A DNA stretch of 64,000 nucleotides, from positions 12,276,001-12,340,000 of the forward strand of contig NC_088856.1 in assembly GCF_963853765.1 (NCBI RefSeq), written 5' to 3'. The stretch is from Magallana gigas (lineage: Eukaryota). Under the pieces are notes generated by a model. It made no database searches and had not been told where the DNA came from. It was given only the letters and a program-made list of their open reading frames with translations. This document shows, one piece after another, positions 48,829 to 61,579 of this stretch. The translations under genes and the position numbers were made by a program. Each line of letters begins with the position of its first letter. Positions within the stretch are counted from its first letter, which is position 1.

Positions 48829-51800
48829 AAACCAAAACTTTTATATGTTATGTTTTAATTAAGGCTTATATTAACAATGATATTGTCAAATCAGTTGTGA
48901 TAGCAATCTTCGAAATTTAAATTGTGCTTATGTTTTTTTCTGCAACTTGGCTTTTAATCTTGTGTTTCAGTACAGTTCTAATGTTTTGCTTTTAATCTTT
49001 TTTGTTAAATATTTTACAATGTTTTTATGCATTCCAAAACACGTTCCAAAAAGCCATATAGACGGGAGGAAATACTATGAATTTAGATAGTTTGAAGATT
49101 ACCATGTATAATGATACTTCAAATTATTCCTTAATTTTGGAAACCTACCAAAGCAGATTGTATTGCATGTGATTGTCATTAAACTAGCATAAAATAAAAC
49201 AAACACACTTTTGATAAGGAAATTGGCATTTAATAAATAATGACTACAGAAGATACCTTCAGAATTGGAGGTCATTGGTTAACATATATAATACAATAAT
49301 CAGGTAATTTTAATCAAATAATTGACACACATTTAGAACATAAATAAAAGTCTCTACATCTGGCAAAGAATGAGTTTACACTAGGGAGAGAGGCCTACAG
49401 TCTAGAAAGTATAAAAGACAAAGTATTCAAAAGTGCCAAGACCTAAAAATAACGTTTATCTTACATCTTAAACTTACTGCCCATAAAAATGACTTTCATA
49501 GAATGCTCCTCGGTAATTACAGTAAATATTGACATGTAGAACTTTTTGTTTTTTATTTGGTATCGATAGCTTTAGAAAGCTAGGTGGTCAACAAATTAAG
49601 ACCTGTCTTAAAATTTGACAAATGATATTTTTCCCATAAGCTAGCATATAGTAAAGAAAAAATTAAAATATAACATTTATTACATTTTCTTTAAAATTTG
49701 ATCCTTTTCCTATTATTTTTATAAAGAGCACTTCTTCTTAAGAGGATTAAACTACTCTAAAAATGAACACGACCATCGATTCCTCTTCATTTTTGGACAC
49801 ATTCAGAAATATATACAAAGATATACAACTGCATTTGTATTTTGTACTAAACAACCAAATTCATAGTAATCAGGCTCAACTTGGTTTTTTATTTCATCTA
49901 AAAATAATGTTTTGAGATTGAAATGCATTGATGCAACTTGCCATACACCGCCTTCACTTTCACAATATTAATACAAAAATAATATTGACATTCAGACAAC
50001 CTATTAGTATCATTTAAGAGAAGTTTGTGACACAATTATACGTGAACATCTCGTAACGCTTTTAGGTTTCTAAGCCATCAACGAACAGCTCAGAATTTGA
50101 ATTTCTGCTGATCTGTCTCTCTATGGAGAAACAGAGTAAAAGTTTTTGAGCTTTGTTTCGAAGGTTCAAGTGTATCGAACGCCGACTATCGATTGGAATG
50201 GTATGCAGATAATGTATTTTTCGTCGAATGTGTTGCACACAAAAATAATTTATTGTATATTTGTATAACACTCTTCTTGATTTTCAATGTAATAGAACAA
50301 AATAACTGATATTATTCATCTGTATTCACACAGTGCAAATATGCTATGCAGGTTTTTAGAACAGCTGTATTGAGCTCATAAAAATAATTATTTGTTGCAA
50401 TATACATCGTTGTGACAAGAACTATGATAAAATCGACAACTTTTAAAAAGGTTTAACGTTTTTAACTTATATACATGTACTCATGACCAATGCAAAGTTG
50501 ATATGTGTTCTGTTCTGATAATTTACTGATGATGCTCTTGGTATATAGGAGGAAAATAAAAGCGGCATCTCTCCGACCTTGGCAATAAATGTTATAGAAT
50601 TGTACACAAACTATTTTGTTTGCAAATTTTATTAAAACTTTTTCCTATGAATGCTTTCAGGATCTGTACGAGTATTTATTAATATTTGTTTATTGAGCTG
50701 ATATAGTATTGTATATCGCTATAAAACTTTATTTTCAGAATCAATGTTATATCTATTTTGCGATAAGCAAAACTTTTATCTGAATACTTTTTTCAGTCTT
50801 TGTCTTTGGTGGTCGTCATACTTGTCTCTTAGGAATTGTCTTAAAAGAGGGATCTTTCGTTATTTAGAATTATTAAGAAGTACAAACGGGTAATAACACT
50901 TATTCGAATAGGTAATATAACCTATTTAAAACACAAAGAAAAGGGGAACAATTCCTATCAAAATATCTCCCTTGCATGGTAAGAAAGTACTCATGAAGTA
51001 GTCATGAAAATAATATATGTTGTAGAGGACATCTTTTATATGTTAATAACGAATAATTTTACACTGCGACGTCCTGTTCTCCCTTAAGCGTGTTAAAAGC
51101 TGAATAACTCAAAGTAAGGCTAAATTAATGCTAAATCATTTACTTTAGCTTGTTATTAATGACTAAAAATGGTACGTTGATATCTTTAAACATGGACACC
51201 CCCTTTACTCATCGATTTAATGCAGTGCAAACAGAGCCAGCGTGATTTTTTCAGTCTGGTTGTTTTTGTTTCAGCTTTAATGACGCATGTGCTTTAGATT
51301 TTTAGACCCACCAACTTAATATTTACTACAAATATTCCTTAATATGTGAAAAAAGGTTAGCCTGAATTTGTGAAAGTTTACAGCTTTCTAGTATAATAAT
51401 TATAATTCTAGTATAATCAATCTAGTACAATTGATTTTTTAAAGTATTTGAAGTAGTTACATCCTAAGACATCGGCCCAATCAGCTAAAGTATAAGACAA
51501 CAAACTATGCTGCACAAAAATATTTATGAATTAACGAATAAATAAAACAAAAATTAAAAAATTATGGCTTTGAAATTTGAAAATGGAAAACCCTGAAATC
51601 CGAAATAGATTTATATCAATGATTCAGGACACTATCTTCCCCAGCCAGTAAAGTGCAAATGATGATTGGTCTTATTTAAAATAATTTTGTTGTTTAACAT
51701 CGGTCTATCATTTTTGACAGGTTTTAATTGTCTAACAGAAGGGGAATAAGATACGATATAAATTGTATAAAAACATAAAACATATTTTCAACAATTTAAC

Positions 51801-52241
51801 ACAGAATACACCCATTTTCATTTACAATGTAAGAACACAAAAACGAACACAAAACGAGCATACATAGAGTTCTCTATAATGAAGCACAACATTAATTGTT
51901 GCACGCACATCTCAACACATAGAAATTTCTTTAAACGTAAGACAACAAAGGGACCCAAAAGGATTCTCTTCAAGAGGTTGGTATCCAAATCATTGTTTGA
52001 CTAAAACTAAACAAAGTCACTTGTTCAAGAAAACAAGACAAAGCAATAATACATGGACGGTCTACAAAAGCAAGCTTTCAGAACCAACCGTACGTAACAC
52101 AACCATCAAATTGTTATTAAATTTGAACATGGCATACAAAAAATAAAATTAAACAAATCAGTAAGAAACAACTATACTGTTTTCTGCATGTAGAAACTGT
52201 GATTATACGTTATCGTTTGCTGCGTTGCCAGTCGCAGAAGA

Positions 52242-53519
52242 CTAAAAGCAAAGGCGTTTTAAAACCATCTTAAACTCCACAATGTTGATGAAATAGATGA
52301 GAGGATTCAGTAAAGAATTGACGTTTGTTAAGATATATGTTATAAATAACACTTGTCTTGATATTGGTTGAATCATTTCAAGAAGATTTCGCATTAGAAA
52401 CGGGCCCGAAAAAATAAGCATGACAAGAAGTAAAATGCTGACTGATTTCATTGATTTAGAAAATTTCCTCTGTCTAATTGCTAGAACGGTGTTGGAAGCC
52501 GTTGACATATTCATATAATTTCTTTTAAGACAACACATGGCCGAGAAATAAAACACGACAGTTAGCAATATGAACACAAATTCTAAGACTAGAACAATGA
52601 ACATTGCAATATTCTTATTTTCCTTAAAAACTGTGTCAGTTGCGCATAAATGATCGGTTTCATTGCGCATTGGAGAAATCAAAATAGACAAAGGTGCAAC
52701 TATCATAATCCAACCCCCAACGTACCAGACATAATGGCGTTTCTCTTCAAATAGTATTCTACCCCAGGGCGAGCCTATAATAGTAAGATGCCGATGTAGA
52801 CTTATGATGAAAGTCTGATATAAAGACCCTACTAAACAGGCTGGAGAGATAACTACAGAAAAGATGCATAGCTCTCTAAGACTGAAAAGATCAAAGGGCA
52901 ACATTCGCATACCAGTAAGAAGTGTGGATAACCCGTAAAGGAAATCGTTCACCGAAAGTGTTAGTACAAGATTAATGTATATGTTTCTACGCAATTCTTT
53001 TGATGAATAAGCAACAACAGTAACTATTAAATTGAGTATCACAACGATTATTCCAAATAACATGAGGGTCACGGCGATGGTGATTGGTGAAAAAGTAGCA
53101 ATAAAAGAAGGGTTGTTCATAGAAGAGTTTGTCTTGTTTAAACTTTGTTCATACCACGTTGCTCTCTGAGTTGTTTCATCATATGACAATTCACTGCTTG
53201 AATTCTCATTCAAATTAAAAACTGTAGTGACACAGTTTGTGCTTAGTTGGTCCGTTCCCTGTTGTGGGTCCGCTGATGCAGTAGTGTTACAATCATTCGA
53301 CAAACTCTCAAGAATGGTTGTTATCTCGTCTTTTTGTCCGTATGTTTGTTTGATCCTCGTTAGTTGGTCTTCATTTTCAATGGTTGTGACTTCTAATGTA
53401 ATATTTGGTTGGGCACTTGTATTTTTACGTTCTAGTGTGGTATTCAATTGCAGTCCAGCTTTAAAATTTGTCAGAATGGCAAGTGTGAACGCAAAATTGC
53501 GATTTAAGAAATATGCCAT
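52242..53519 (-). CDS. Orphan class A (rhodopsin-like) GPCR, 425 aa, intronless CDS
   Basis: Seven hydrophobic segments; TM1 N (ILNL), TM2 LSVND, TM3 SLHRH at the DRY position, TM6 FSGP, TM7 NPLIY. N-terminal signal-like segment and ~140-aa S/T-rich ectodomain with several N-glycosylation sequons. Confidence 0.9.
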   Translation of the reverse strand: MAYFLNRNFAFTLAILTNFKAGLQLNTTLERKNTSAQPNITLEVTTIENEDQLTRIKQTYGQKDEITTILESLSNDCNTTASADPQQGTDQLSTNCVTTVFNLNENSSSELSYDETTQRATWYEQSLNKTNSSMNNPSFIATFSPITIAVTLMLFGIIVVILNLIVTVVAYSSKELRRNIYINLVLTLSVNDFLYGLSTLLTGMRMLPFDLFSLRELCIFSVVISPACLVGSLYQTFIISLHRHLTIIGSPWGRILFEEKRHYVWYVGGWIMIVAPLSILISPMRNETDHLCATDTVFKENKNIAMFIVLVLEFVFILLTVVFYFSAMCCLKRNYMNMSTASNTVLAIRQRKFSKSMKSVSILLLVMLIFSGPFLMRNLLEMIQPISRQVLFITYILTNVNSLLNPLIYFINIVEFKMVLKRLCF

Positions 53520-53814
53520 CTTTCTGTCCGCCTTATTTCATAGAGTTTAATACCTCTGATCAAAGGGAAAAAAGAAAACAAAAGCAGTGTAGTTATGATA
53601 AATTCGTCAAAAAAGTGTATTGCTTAGCTCCTACTATGAAACGTATATTATAAATGAAACGACTCTTTAAAAAGGTTAATTGCATGTTTAGAATTAAATT
53701 TATGTTTTTTAAAATCAATATTTATATCTCCAACTTACAATGTCTAATCAATGTGATGGGTATAGTTGATTTTATTGTTTGATTTTTGCATGGGAAAAAA
53801 AGTAGGTTATATAG

Positions 53815-53988
53815 TCCCCTTCACGATAGCTGCGGTACTGCTCTCTTGGAGGGCGAATTGATATGGTTTGCCAAAATTTTAGTAGGTTGTTGATTAAATG
53901 GCGTAAATGAAATTATTTACGTTACGTCAAATTTCATTAAACTATTTGCCCTGCAAAAGAGCAGTACTGCATTTACCGTGAAGGGGAG
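53815..53988. mobile_element. ~175-bp MITE-like inverted repeat just upstream of the GPCR
   Basis: TCCCCTTCACGATAGCTGCGGTACTGCTCTCTTGGAGGGCGAAT vs reverse complement TCCCCCTTCACGGTAAATGCAGTACTGCTCTTTTGCAGGGCAAAT; no clear TSD. Confidence 0.65.
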
Positions 53989-54585
53989 ATGCAGATACAA
54001 CAAATATAAAGACTCTAATTCAGTTTAAGGTACTACATAACACTCGTGGTGTTAGTTATTTCTCTGTTTTCCAAAAACACAGAATGATAGAGTAATATTA
54101 TATAAAGGTTAATTTAAATCCAATGTCTTACGAAAATAAACAAAACCCATAAATTACTCAAAGCAGAACAACGTAGAACGTATTTTGATACTTTCGAAAC
54201 AAACAGTACATTTGAATGGTGATTGTTTGGTTTTCGTGCAATTCAGCCTTGTATCGTATAAAATTGTGTAACTGATGTTTTGTCCATAGGAAAGGCCTAA
54301 AATTTGGTAACAACCATAACCAGTGTTCAGATTTTATGCCTATCAAATTTTAAGTTCCTATCAAAAGGTCAAATATGATGACGTCATTTAGGGTTTTTAT
54401 CAATTATCACATATATCCGTCAAATACACTAAAACCTCAATTGATCTTCAAACCTACAGTCAAATTTTCATTATTTTAATGTACATGCATTTTAACTGCG
54501 GGGTCATGAATAATCATACTGCTAAATCTTATTTAAATTTAAACATAAGAATTTCTATTTAAAGGTTGTTAAGTATTAAAAATTT

Positions 54586-54986
54586 TCGTGTAAATAGATG
54601 ATTTACAAATGCTCTTTTTACATTACATCAGAAAGTACCTTACCTGTACCTGTTTGAATTATTTCATTATCTGTAATGAACAAAAAGGTCTCGTGTAAAT
54701 AGATGATTTACAAGTGCTCTATTTACATTACATCAGAAATTACCATAAATTATTTCAGTATCTGTAATGAACAAAAGGTCTCGTGTAAATAGATGATTTA
54801 CAAGTGCTCTTTTTACATTACATCAGAAATTACCTTACCAGTTTGAATTATTTCAATATCTGTAATGAACAAAAAGGTCTCGTGTAAATAGATGATTTAC
54901 AAGTGCTCTTTTTACATACATCAGAAATTACCTTAAATTACCAGTTGGAATTTATTTCAGAATCTCTAACGAACAAAAAAGGTCCC
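54586..54986. repeat. Tandem repeat, 4 units of 90-106 bp
   Basis: TCGTGTAAATAGATGATTTACAA.TGCTCT starts at 54586, 54691, 54781 and 54880. Confidence 0.95.
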
Positions 54987-56913
54987 CTGTACAAGCAACA
55001 GTACAAACATTTGTAATATCTGAAAAAAAATCTTATTCGCATAGCAAATTCTAACAATGACTATTTAATTTTTTACTCCACTTAAAGCATATTCAAATTG
55101 CAGGTCTGAAGCGATGTGGACAAAGATTGTCAGATCGGATTTTTTTTCGACATTTAACCTATTTATATATTTCATTCCAAATAACAAAATATCAAATTTT
55201 AGAAAAATAAACTACAGGAAACTTTTAGCATATCTGTTCTGTACTAGATGTACCTGACATGTCACAGCTTTAATTATTGGGTTCATTTAACCGATTATTC
55301 CTTCAAATTTTTAACTTTTTTCGACCATAATGCATCAAATAATTATTAATTGTTTGCAAGTCAAAACAAACAAAAAGAAATAGTAATGAGACAATTCAAA
55401 TTAAAAAAATTTAAATCCTATTAACAAAACGTTTTCGGGTGTAGACAGGAATACCCTTTAACTATGTTCAAAATTTTAGAAGTGTGCTTTGGTTTGTTGT
55501 TGTTGTTTTTTATTTTTATGTTCTAGATTTCATAAAAAGTAGGGCTTTTTAGACAATCAAATATCTAAACTTTACAGCGTCATTATGTTACAACGAGGGC
55601 AACTTATCAAGCGAACAATTGTTTCTACAAGATTAGATTAGATTTTGTTAATATATTTGTGGAAATCAATTGATATGCACCAGGGATTTCCTGTCTTTCT
55701 TATTCTTTTCGTTTTATCAAATAGTTTCTAGTTATATTAAAGTTCTCAACTTAGGACAAAATATTGATTTGAAATTTTAAGAATGCAGCAATAATCAATT
55801 ATATATACAAACTTAGGCTACATAAAAGTTGGCTGCTTTCTTTAAACACTGGCGTTCAATGTCATAGACTATAAAAAGTGTTTATTGAAATTAAGTTCTT
55901 TTAAGCAAATGGTTAAACTGGTGTTGAGATGTTTTGAAACGGGAAATATTAGCTATTGAAACACTTGGCATCGGAAATGGAAACGGCTTTTATTATTGCT
56001 GTAATATTTTATTCTTGTAAGTATTTTAATTTGTTTTTTCAAATACATGTTTTTTGAAGTTAAATAGTTTTAAATCATTCGTATCTGTCATTTTTATATC
56101 TTTTTATTGATATAAATGTTTTTGTTGAGTGGGGCCAAAAATAATTTTGTGTCACAAAGCTAATAACAGCTTAGGTACCAATAATTTGTCATTTTATCTA
56201 ACACAAAATGACAGAATTCCATGAATATTCGATTATCAAAATATAAATTTTTACATCAAAAAGTGTTGTCAATAAGACACCTCATGCATCATTTTGTTTC
56301 CTTTCTGTTACCTGTTTAATTTTTGTTTACTTTCCTTTGGTTTTGTTTTATATCAGTTCGATAAATCTGATTATCAAAATTGAAAAAAAAATATCTCTTC
56401 GGTGAAATCTCTTTATTAAATAACACCATCAAAAAAAGGAAATTTGATGAATAGAAACAGTGGGTTTTATTGGATTTTTAGTAGGACATTAGTAGGATGA
56501 AATCAACTTACAAATAACGCTTGTTTTAAGTGAAATATGCACCGATAGTGTAGGCACAGCGTAAAAATAAATGACAAACCTTGTTGATTTCAAAAAGCCA
56601 TGACTGAGTGACCAGTAACGAAATAGACATGCCTACGTCACGTTTGCTGTTTGATTAACATGGCTCTAGGTTTAAAAGGAACCATTTGTAAATATCTGCC
56701 GTAGATTTTCGATACATTGAAAAAAAAGTGATTCCTTTAGCTTTCGTGACCGGTTCTTTGTTTTAGCATGTTCTTTGCCACAAAATAAAATTTGTTCCCG
56801 CGAAAATAAAAATGATTTTAGTCGCCATGAATTTTATTGGTGTAACAAAATGAGAATTGAATCAATTGAAGTACTATAAGTACTACAAATAAATACTACT
56901 TCGATATATTTCA

Positions 56914-57104
56914 NNNNNNNNNNNNNNNNNNNNNNNNNNNNNNNNNNNNNNNNNNNNNNNNNNNNNNNNNNNNNNNNNNNNNNNNNNNNNNNNNNNNNNN
57001 NNNNNNNNNNNNNNNNNNNNNNNNNNNNNNNNNNNNNNNNNNNNNNNNNNNNNNNNNNNNNNNNNNNNNNNNNNNNNNNNNNNNNNNNNNNNNNNNNNNN
57101 NNNN
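56914..57104. other. Assembly gap (191 N)
   Basis: Run of N. Confidence 1.
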
Positions 57105-57590
57105 TTCATGATATTTGTTTACTAGTATTAAGATTTGCATTTGTTACTTTTAGAACTTCCGATAGGAAAATCAATATTTAAAATGACCAGGAAAGCATAT
57201 CAAAATTCAGTTAATTCTTGTTTACTTTTTAGCTTAATACACTTCAAAGGTAAATAGTATAAGGTAGATGAAAGATTAAAGCTCATTGGTTCCAGTGATT
57301 CCATTTTCCTGCTGGTGTTAAATTAGTCTGATTGAATATATCATACATTGGTTTTTAACCATTTTTGTTGAAACAAATGTTTTAGTATCAAATGGTACAA
57401 AAGGTTCAAAATCTTACTTGCTAATGAAGTTTTTTGTTAAATCTAAAATCACAGCATGTCTTACTCCTATATATGTTTTGAATATTAAATTTGAATATTA
57501 AATTTTCTTTTTGATATAAAAATCTAGAAAGTTTTCATTTTCATCGAACAAATCAATTACGCGTCGTAATCCTTTGACATACAAAGATTC

Positions 57591-58620
57591 ACAAAGAGGC
57601 CCATGGGTCACATCCTTTACTTGTGGAACAATAGCCAAAATAAAATCAGCTTTGATTTATGAAGTCATACACAAAATATCTGGACAATGTATTAGAATAG
57701 ATCCCGTATAAAAGGATTTCCAAATTTTTCTCCGGATGCTCTCTTGTTAAATTTTAAGCCCCTTTTGTAACATGATAATACCATTTATCATATTGGACCG
57801 CCAAATGCTGTCCAACCCTACCCCCCAAAAACCATGATTTTGACAAATTCGATTCTACATTACGAGGTTGCTTTTACTAAAGTTAAAGCTTTATTTGCTG
57901 ATTGGTTTTACAGAAGAAGATTTTTAAAAAAAAAAATTCTGTATATTCTTGTGTAAAAAATATGGACACCCCACTGTGGCCTAGCCCTACCCCAGTGAAT
58001 CAAAATTTGAGAAATTTGAATCTACCCTTCTTATGAAAGCTTCCACGCAAGTACCCTTTTTTCGGCTAAATGGTTTTTAAGAAGAAGATTTTTAAAGATT
58101 TTACTCGATAATAAAATCATTACATTCCTACTAAAAATTCACCCCTCCCATTGTGGTCTCAAGCTACCCCTTGGGATCATTATTTGAAAGAAAAAAACTA
58201 ACAATACCTGAGGATGCTCTCGCACAAGTTACAACTTTTCTGGACAAATTGATTTTGAGAAGAACATTTTTCAATCTTTCTCTATGTATTCCGATGTTTT
58301 GATGTGACTCCCCCACCCCCCACCCCACCCTGTGGCAACACTCTACCCCCAAGTATCATGATTTGAACAAACATGAATCTATACCATATGAGGATGCTTC
58401 CACACAAATCACAGAATTGTTGGCCAAATGGTTTTTAGAAGAATTTTTCTCTATATATTCCTAAGTAAAACACCAAATTGTGACCCCGCCTTACCGGGAA
58501 TCATGATTTGAACAAATTTAAATCTACACCACATGAGGATGCTTCCACACAAGTTACAGCTTTTCTAAACAATTGGCAAATGGTTCTTGAGAAGAAGATT
58601 TTTCAAGAATACCAACACAT
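57591..58620 (+). mobile_element. HINE-like element carrying ~5 diverged Cg170/HindIII-type satellite monomers
   Basis: Begins ACAAAGAGGCCCATGGGTCACATC. Repeated ~165-bp unit CATGATTTGAACAAA..GAATCTACAC...GAGGATGCTTCCACACAAGTT...AAATGGTTTT.GAGAAGAAGATTTTT...CCCC.TTGTGG...CCCTACCCCC, matching the recalled oyster Cg170 consensus. Confidence 0.7.
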
Positions 58621-58853
58621 TTTCAAAAACTTGAATGCTCATACTTTTAAGTAAACATTTGTTTTTATATCTTATCACATATTGATTTCCATACGAATGG
58701 AATTGATTTCTTTTTATTGTGTTGGTGTTTTGCTCTTAGGGTTTGGTAAGTTGTTAAAGCTAACAAGTGTTATTCTTCTAAATGGAGTCAAGTGTCGTTT
58801 ACTTCATTGATTTATTAATTGATTTATCTTCACAAATGTTTTGTTATATCTAA

Positions 58854-59360
58854 AGGGACTTGGACACGATTTGACCTAAAATTTTCAAATTTCAAATTTT
58901 ATTTTCTAATTTTAATGTTTATAATGAAAAATATAGAAGTTTATAATGCTATGTCAAATTTGGAAGTTAAATATCAAGTTATAAGCAAGATACAGAGTTC
59001 ATAATACAAAGCTCGGATATTGTAATGTTTTACATATGTGTTGCATTGGTGTAAGTTTCAATCAAATGTAACCTTTCTTTGCTGATAATAGTATTTATGA
59101 AGATTATGAATTAGTTAAAATTGTTTTTTTACATGTCATTTTGTCTAGGACATGGTAATTCTCTTCATTACATTTTTTGTAAACAACTATAAGACTCCAG
59201 CTTTGTTTACATAACAATCAATTCTTACCTCTGTATCTCGCTTGAAACTTGATTTTAACATTCAATATTTTGGTCAATCATTTAAAATGCACCGGTAAAC
59301 CATTTTATACATAAAAAAGTAAAAATAAAATTGTTGATCTCAAATCGTGTCCAAGTCCCT
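58854..59360. mobile_element. Kolobok-like MITE, same family as 401-926, opposite orientation
   Basis: TIR AGGGACTTGGACACGATTTGA / TCAAATCGTGTCCAAGTCCCT; flanks CTAA / TTTAA (degenerate TTAA); interior matches the reverse complement of 401-926. Confidence 0.8.
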
Positions 59361-59641
59361 TTTAAGTTTTACCATTTTATTTAAGTCTAAATCATAATAC
59401 ATGTACATGCCTAAAAGCTTGTACTGAGTTGTCCTTTGAAAATTCATTTCTGAACATTTTTTTCTACTGAATATTTTTTGTTTGTTTTTTTGTTTTGTTT
59501 TGTTTGTTGTTTTTTTTTTTTGGGGGGGGGTTTATTTTATTTATTATTTTATTTTTATTTATTTTAAGACCATGTAATTTACGATATTCATCTATTTTTC
59601 TCATGGTTGCACTTAATTATTTTTTTTTTCTGATTCATCTA

Positions 59642-59755
59642 GGCACCTGATCATACCTCTATATTTTTAGAGGTCCGTGTTGCTCCGCTTTGAATTTGTA
59701 TTTCGTTTTATGGATTTTTGAGATGTTGACAGTTTGTTATTGTCATTTTTTCATC
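59642..59755 (+). repeat. Second copy of the dispersed repeat at 1622-1748
   Basis: GCACCTGATCATACCTCT...GTCCGTGTTGCTCCGCTTTGAATTTGTATTTCGTTT...GTTGACAGTTTGTTATTGTCATTTTT. Confidence 0.7.
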
Positions 59756-61579
59756 AGAGATTATTGATGTGTCATCTACATACTGTGATATTTAATACTC
59801 GGTGTTTATAATTTTGGTTCCTGTAATGTTTCCATTATTTTTGATTTTGATTGACGATAGTTCCGCGCCTAATAAAAATATACGGCAATATTGGATCACC
59901 TTGTCTTCACAACGCCGCCAAGTTTTTAAAAAAAAAATGAAAAAAATGCCTTCCTGGGACATACAGGACACAGCATTACATTGCAAAATGTTAATCTAGT
60001 CTCAGATAGAAGGTCCAAAATTAAAATAATTGTATAAATTCCCGAGCTAAAGAATCAAAAGCTTTTCCAAAATCTATCATAACTGTTACACATGGAATAT
60101 AATTAATTACCGTATAATTAATCAGATCATATTGATTTATTATTTTGCCCTATAGCCTATATCTTCCAAAAAAGAAACCTGTTTGATAATTACGAATACT
60201 TTTATTAAGAAAAGTTTTTATCCTGCTTGTTACATGAGATAGGTAACCAAAAGAGAATTTGCTAAATTTTTCTGCTTAGATATACAAGTTCTAATCTCTT
60301 GTTTTTGTTTTTTTGGTTTCCTTTTGTTTCGTTTTGGTTTTTTGTTTGTTTTCGGGGTTTTTTTTATTGGGGGGGGGGGGGGGTGACATAATCCTTTATT
60401 TTTGACTAGATTATAGTCCTCTTACCTTTAAACCATAATTTAAATACCTAACAATAAAGGAGTCTCTTTTATTAATTGTGTAAATTGGATAGGGATTTTT
60501 TCATCATTTGAACTGAAGCTCACGGTAAGAAAACAAACGTGAAATGGTATAAAAAAAATTAGATAATAATAAGTTTATCAGTTGTTTTAATTGTTAAAAT
60601 GAAAAGAGTTTTAAATTGTTTGACACATATTTCTGTTAGGCTGAGTCTACCTTAAAAGTATTAGTCGCATTTATAAAGTTCATAAGGACCTTGATATCAT
60701 CAGAAACCAACAGCCAGTCTCGCACACTGAATAACCATTGGCCAACTTGTTGGAGTATTTTCTTGTTCTTATAAATAATTCAAACCATATTCCAGTTGGC
60801 TCCTGCACACTTTCGTTAATCTCTAAATACATATGCATACATTTATTAACTGCTGTGCATTTTCTTTGCTTCCATGCCCCCGAAAAGAGTTTGTCTTTTC
60901 AATAGTTGACTTTGAAATAAGATAATTTATTATAGAATAAAATAGAACAATTATTATAGAATAGAATAGAACAATTATTATAGAATAAAATAGAACAATT
61001 GTTAGTTTCTTAAAGTTTGTTAACTTAATTTTTAACTTAGTTTGCTAACTTTTAACACATTCATTTTAAGTCTAAAACAAGAATTTTACTTCAACATTCA
61101 AAATGTGAACTAAAGCAGCGTTTACATAGCAAAGAATTGTAAGCTCTGTAACTCGCTTATAGCTCAACAAATGCCACTCAAATTTTGGTTGCACGATAAA
61201 GATGCCTTACTGAAGAATTGTAAATAATTTTAATTGACATTATTACTTACCAATATACTTTCTTTTTTTCCACAGTGTCACTAACGGAAGCCAACTACTG
61301 CTACTACTCCTATTACTACTCCAATTATTATTGTAGCAATGGAAGCAATGAAGCTTTGTAAGTAACATGTACTTTGTGAATAGCCGAACAAGTATATATA
61401 CTAAAGCGATAATTCTAATATTAAATTACAAGGCAACGTCACTAATTATAACTATCAAATTTTACCAATGGAAAGCAAAATCCTAACAAGTGAGTGACAT
61501 TATCTCGAAATTATAAAGATTAAGTTGACGGTCAAACATTAGGGGACTCGTATTAATGATGGATTGATATGATGAAATC

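Noticed and set aside
55082-55462. Possible further TTAA-flanked MITE
   Set aside because: The putative TIRs (AGCATATTC vs AGGGTATTC) are too short and divergent.
56834-57140. ORFs of X residues
   Set aside because: They span the N gap.
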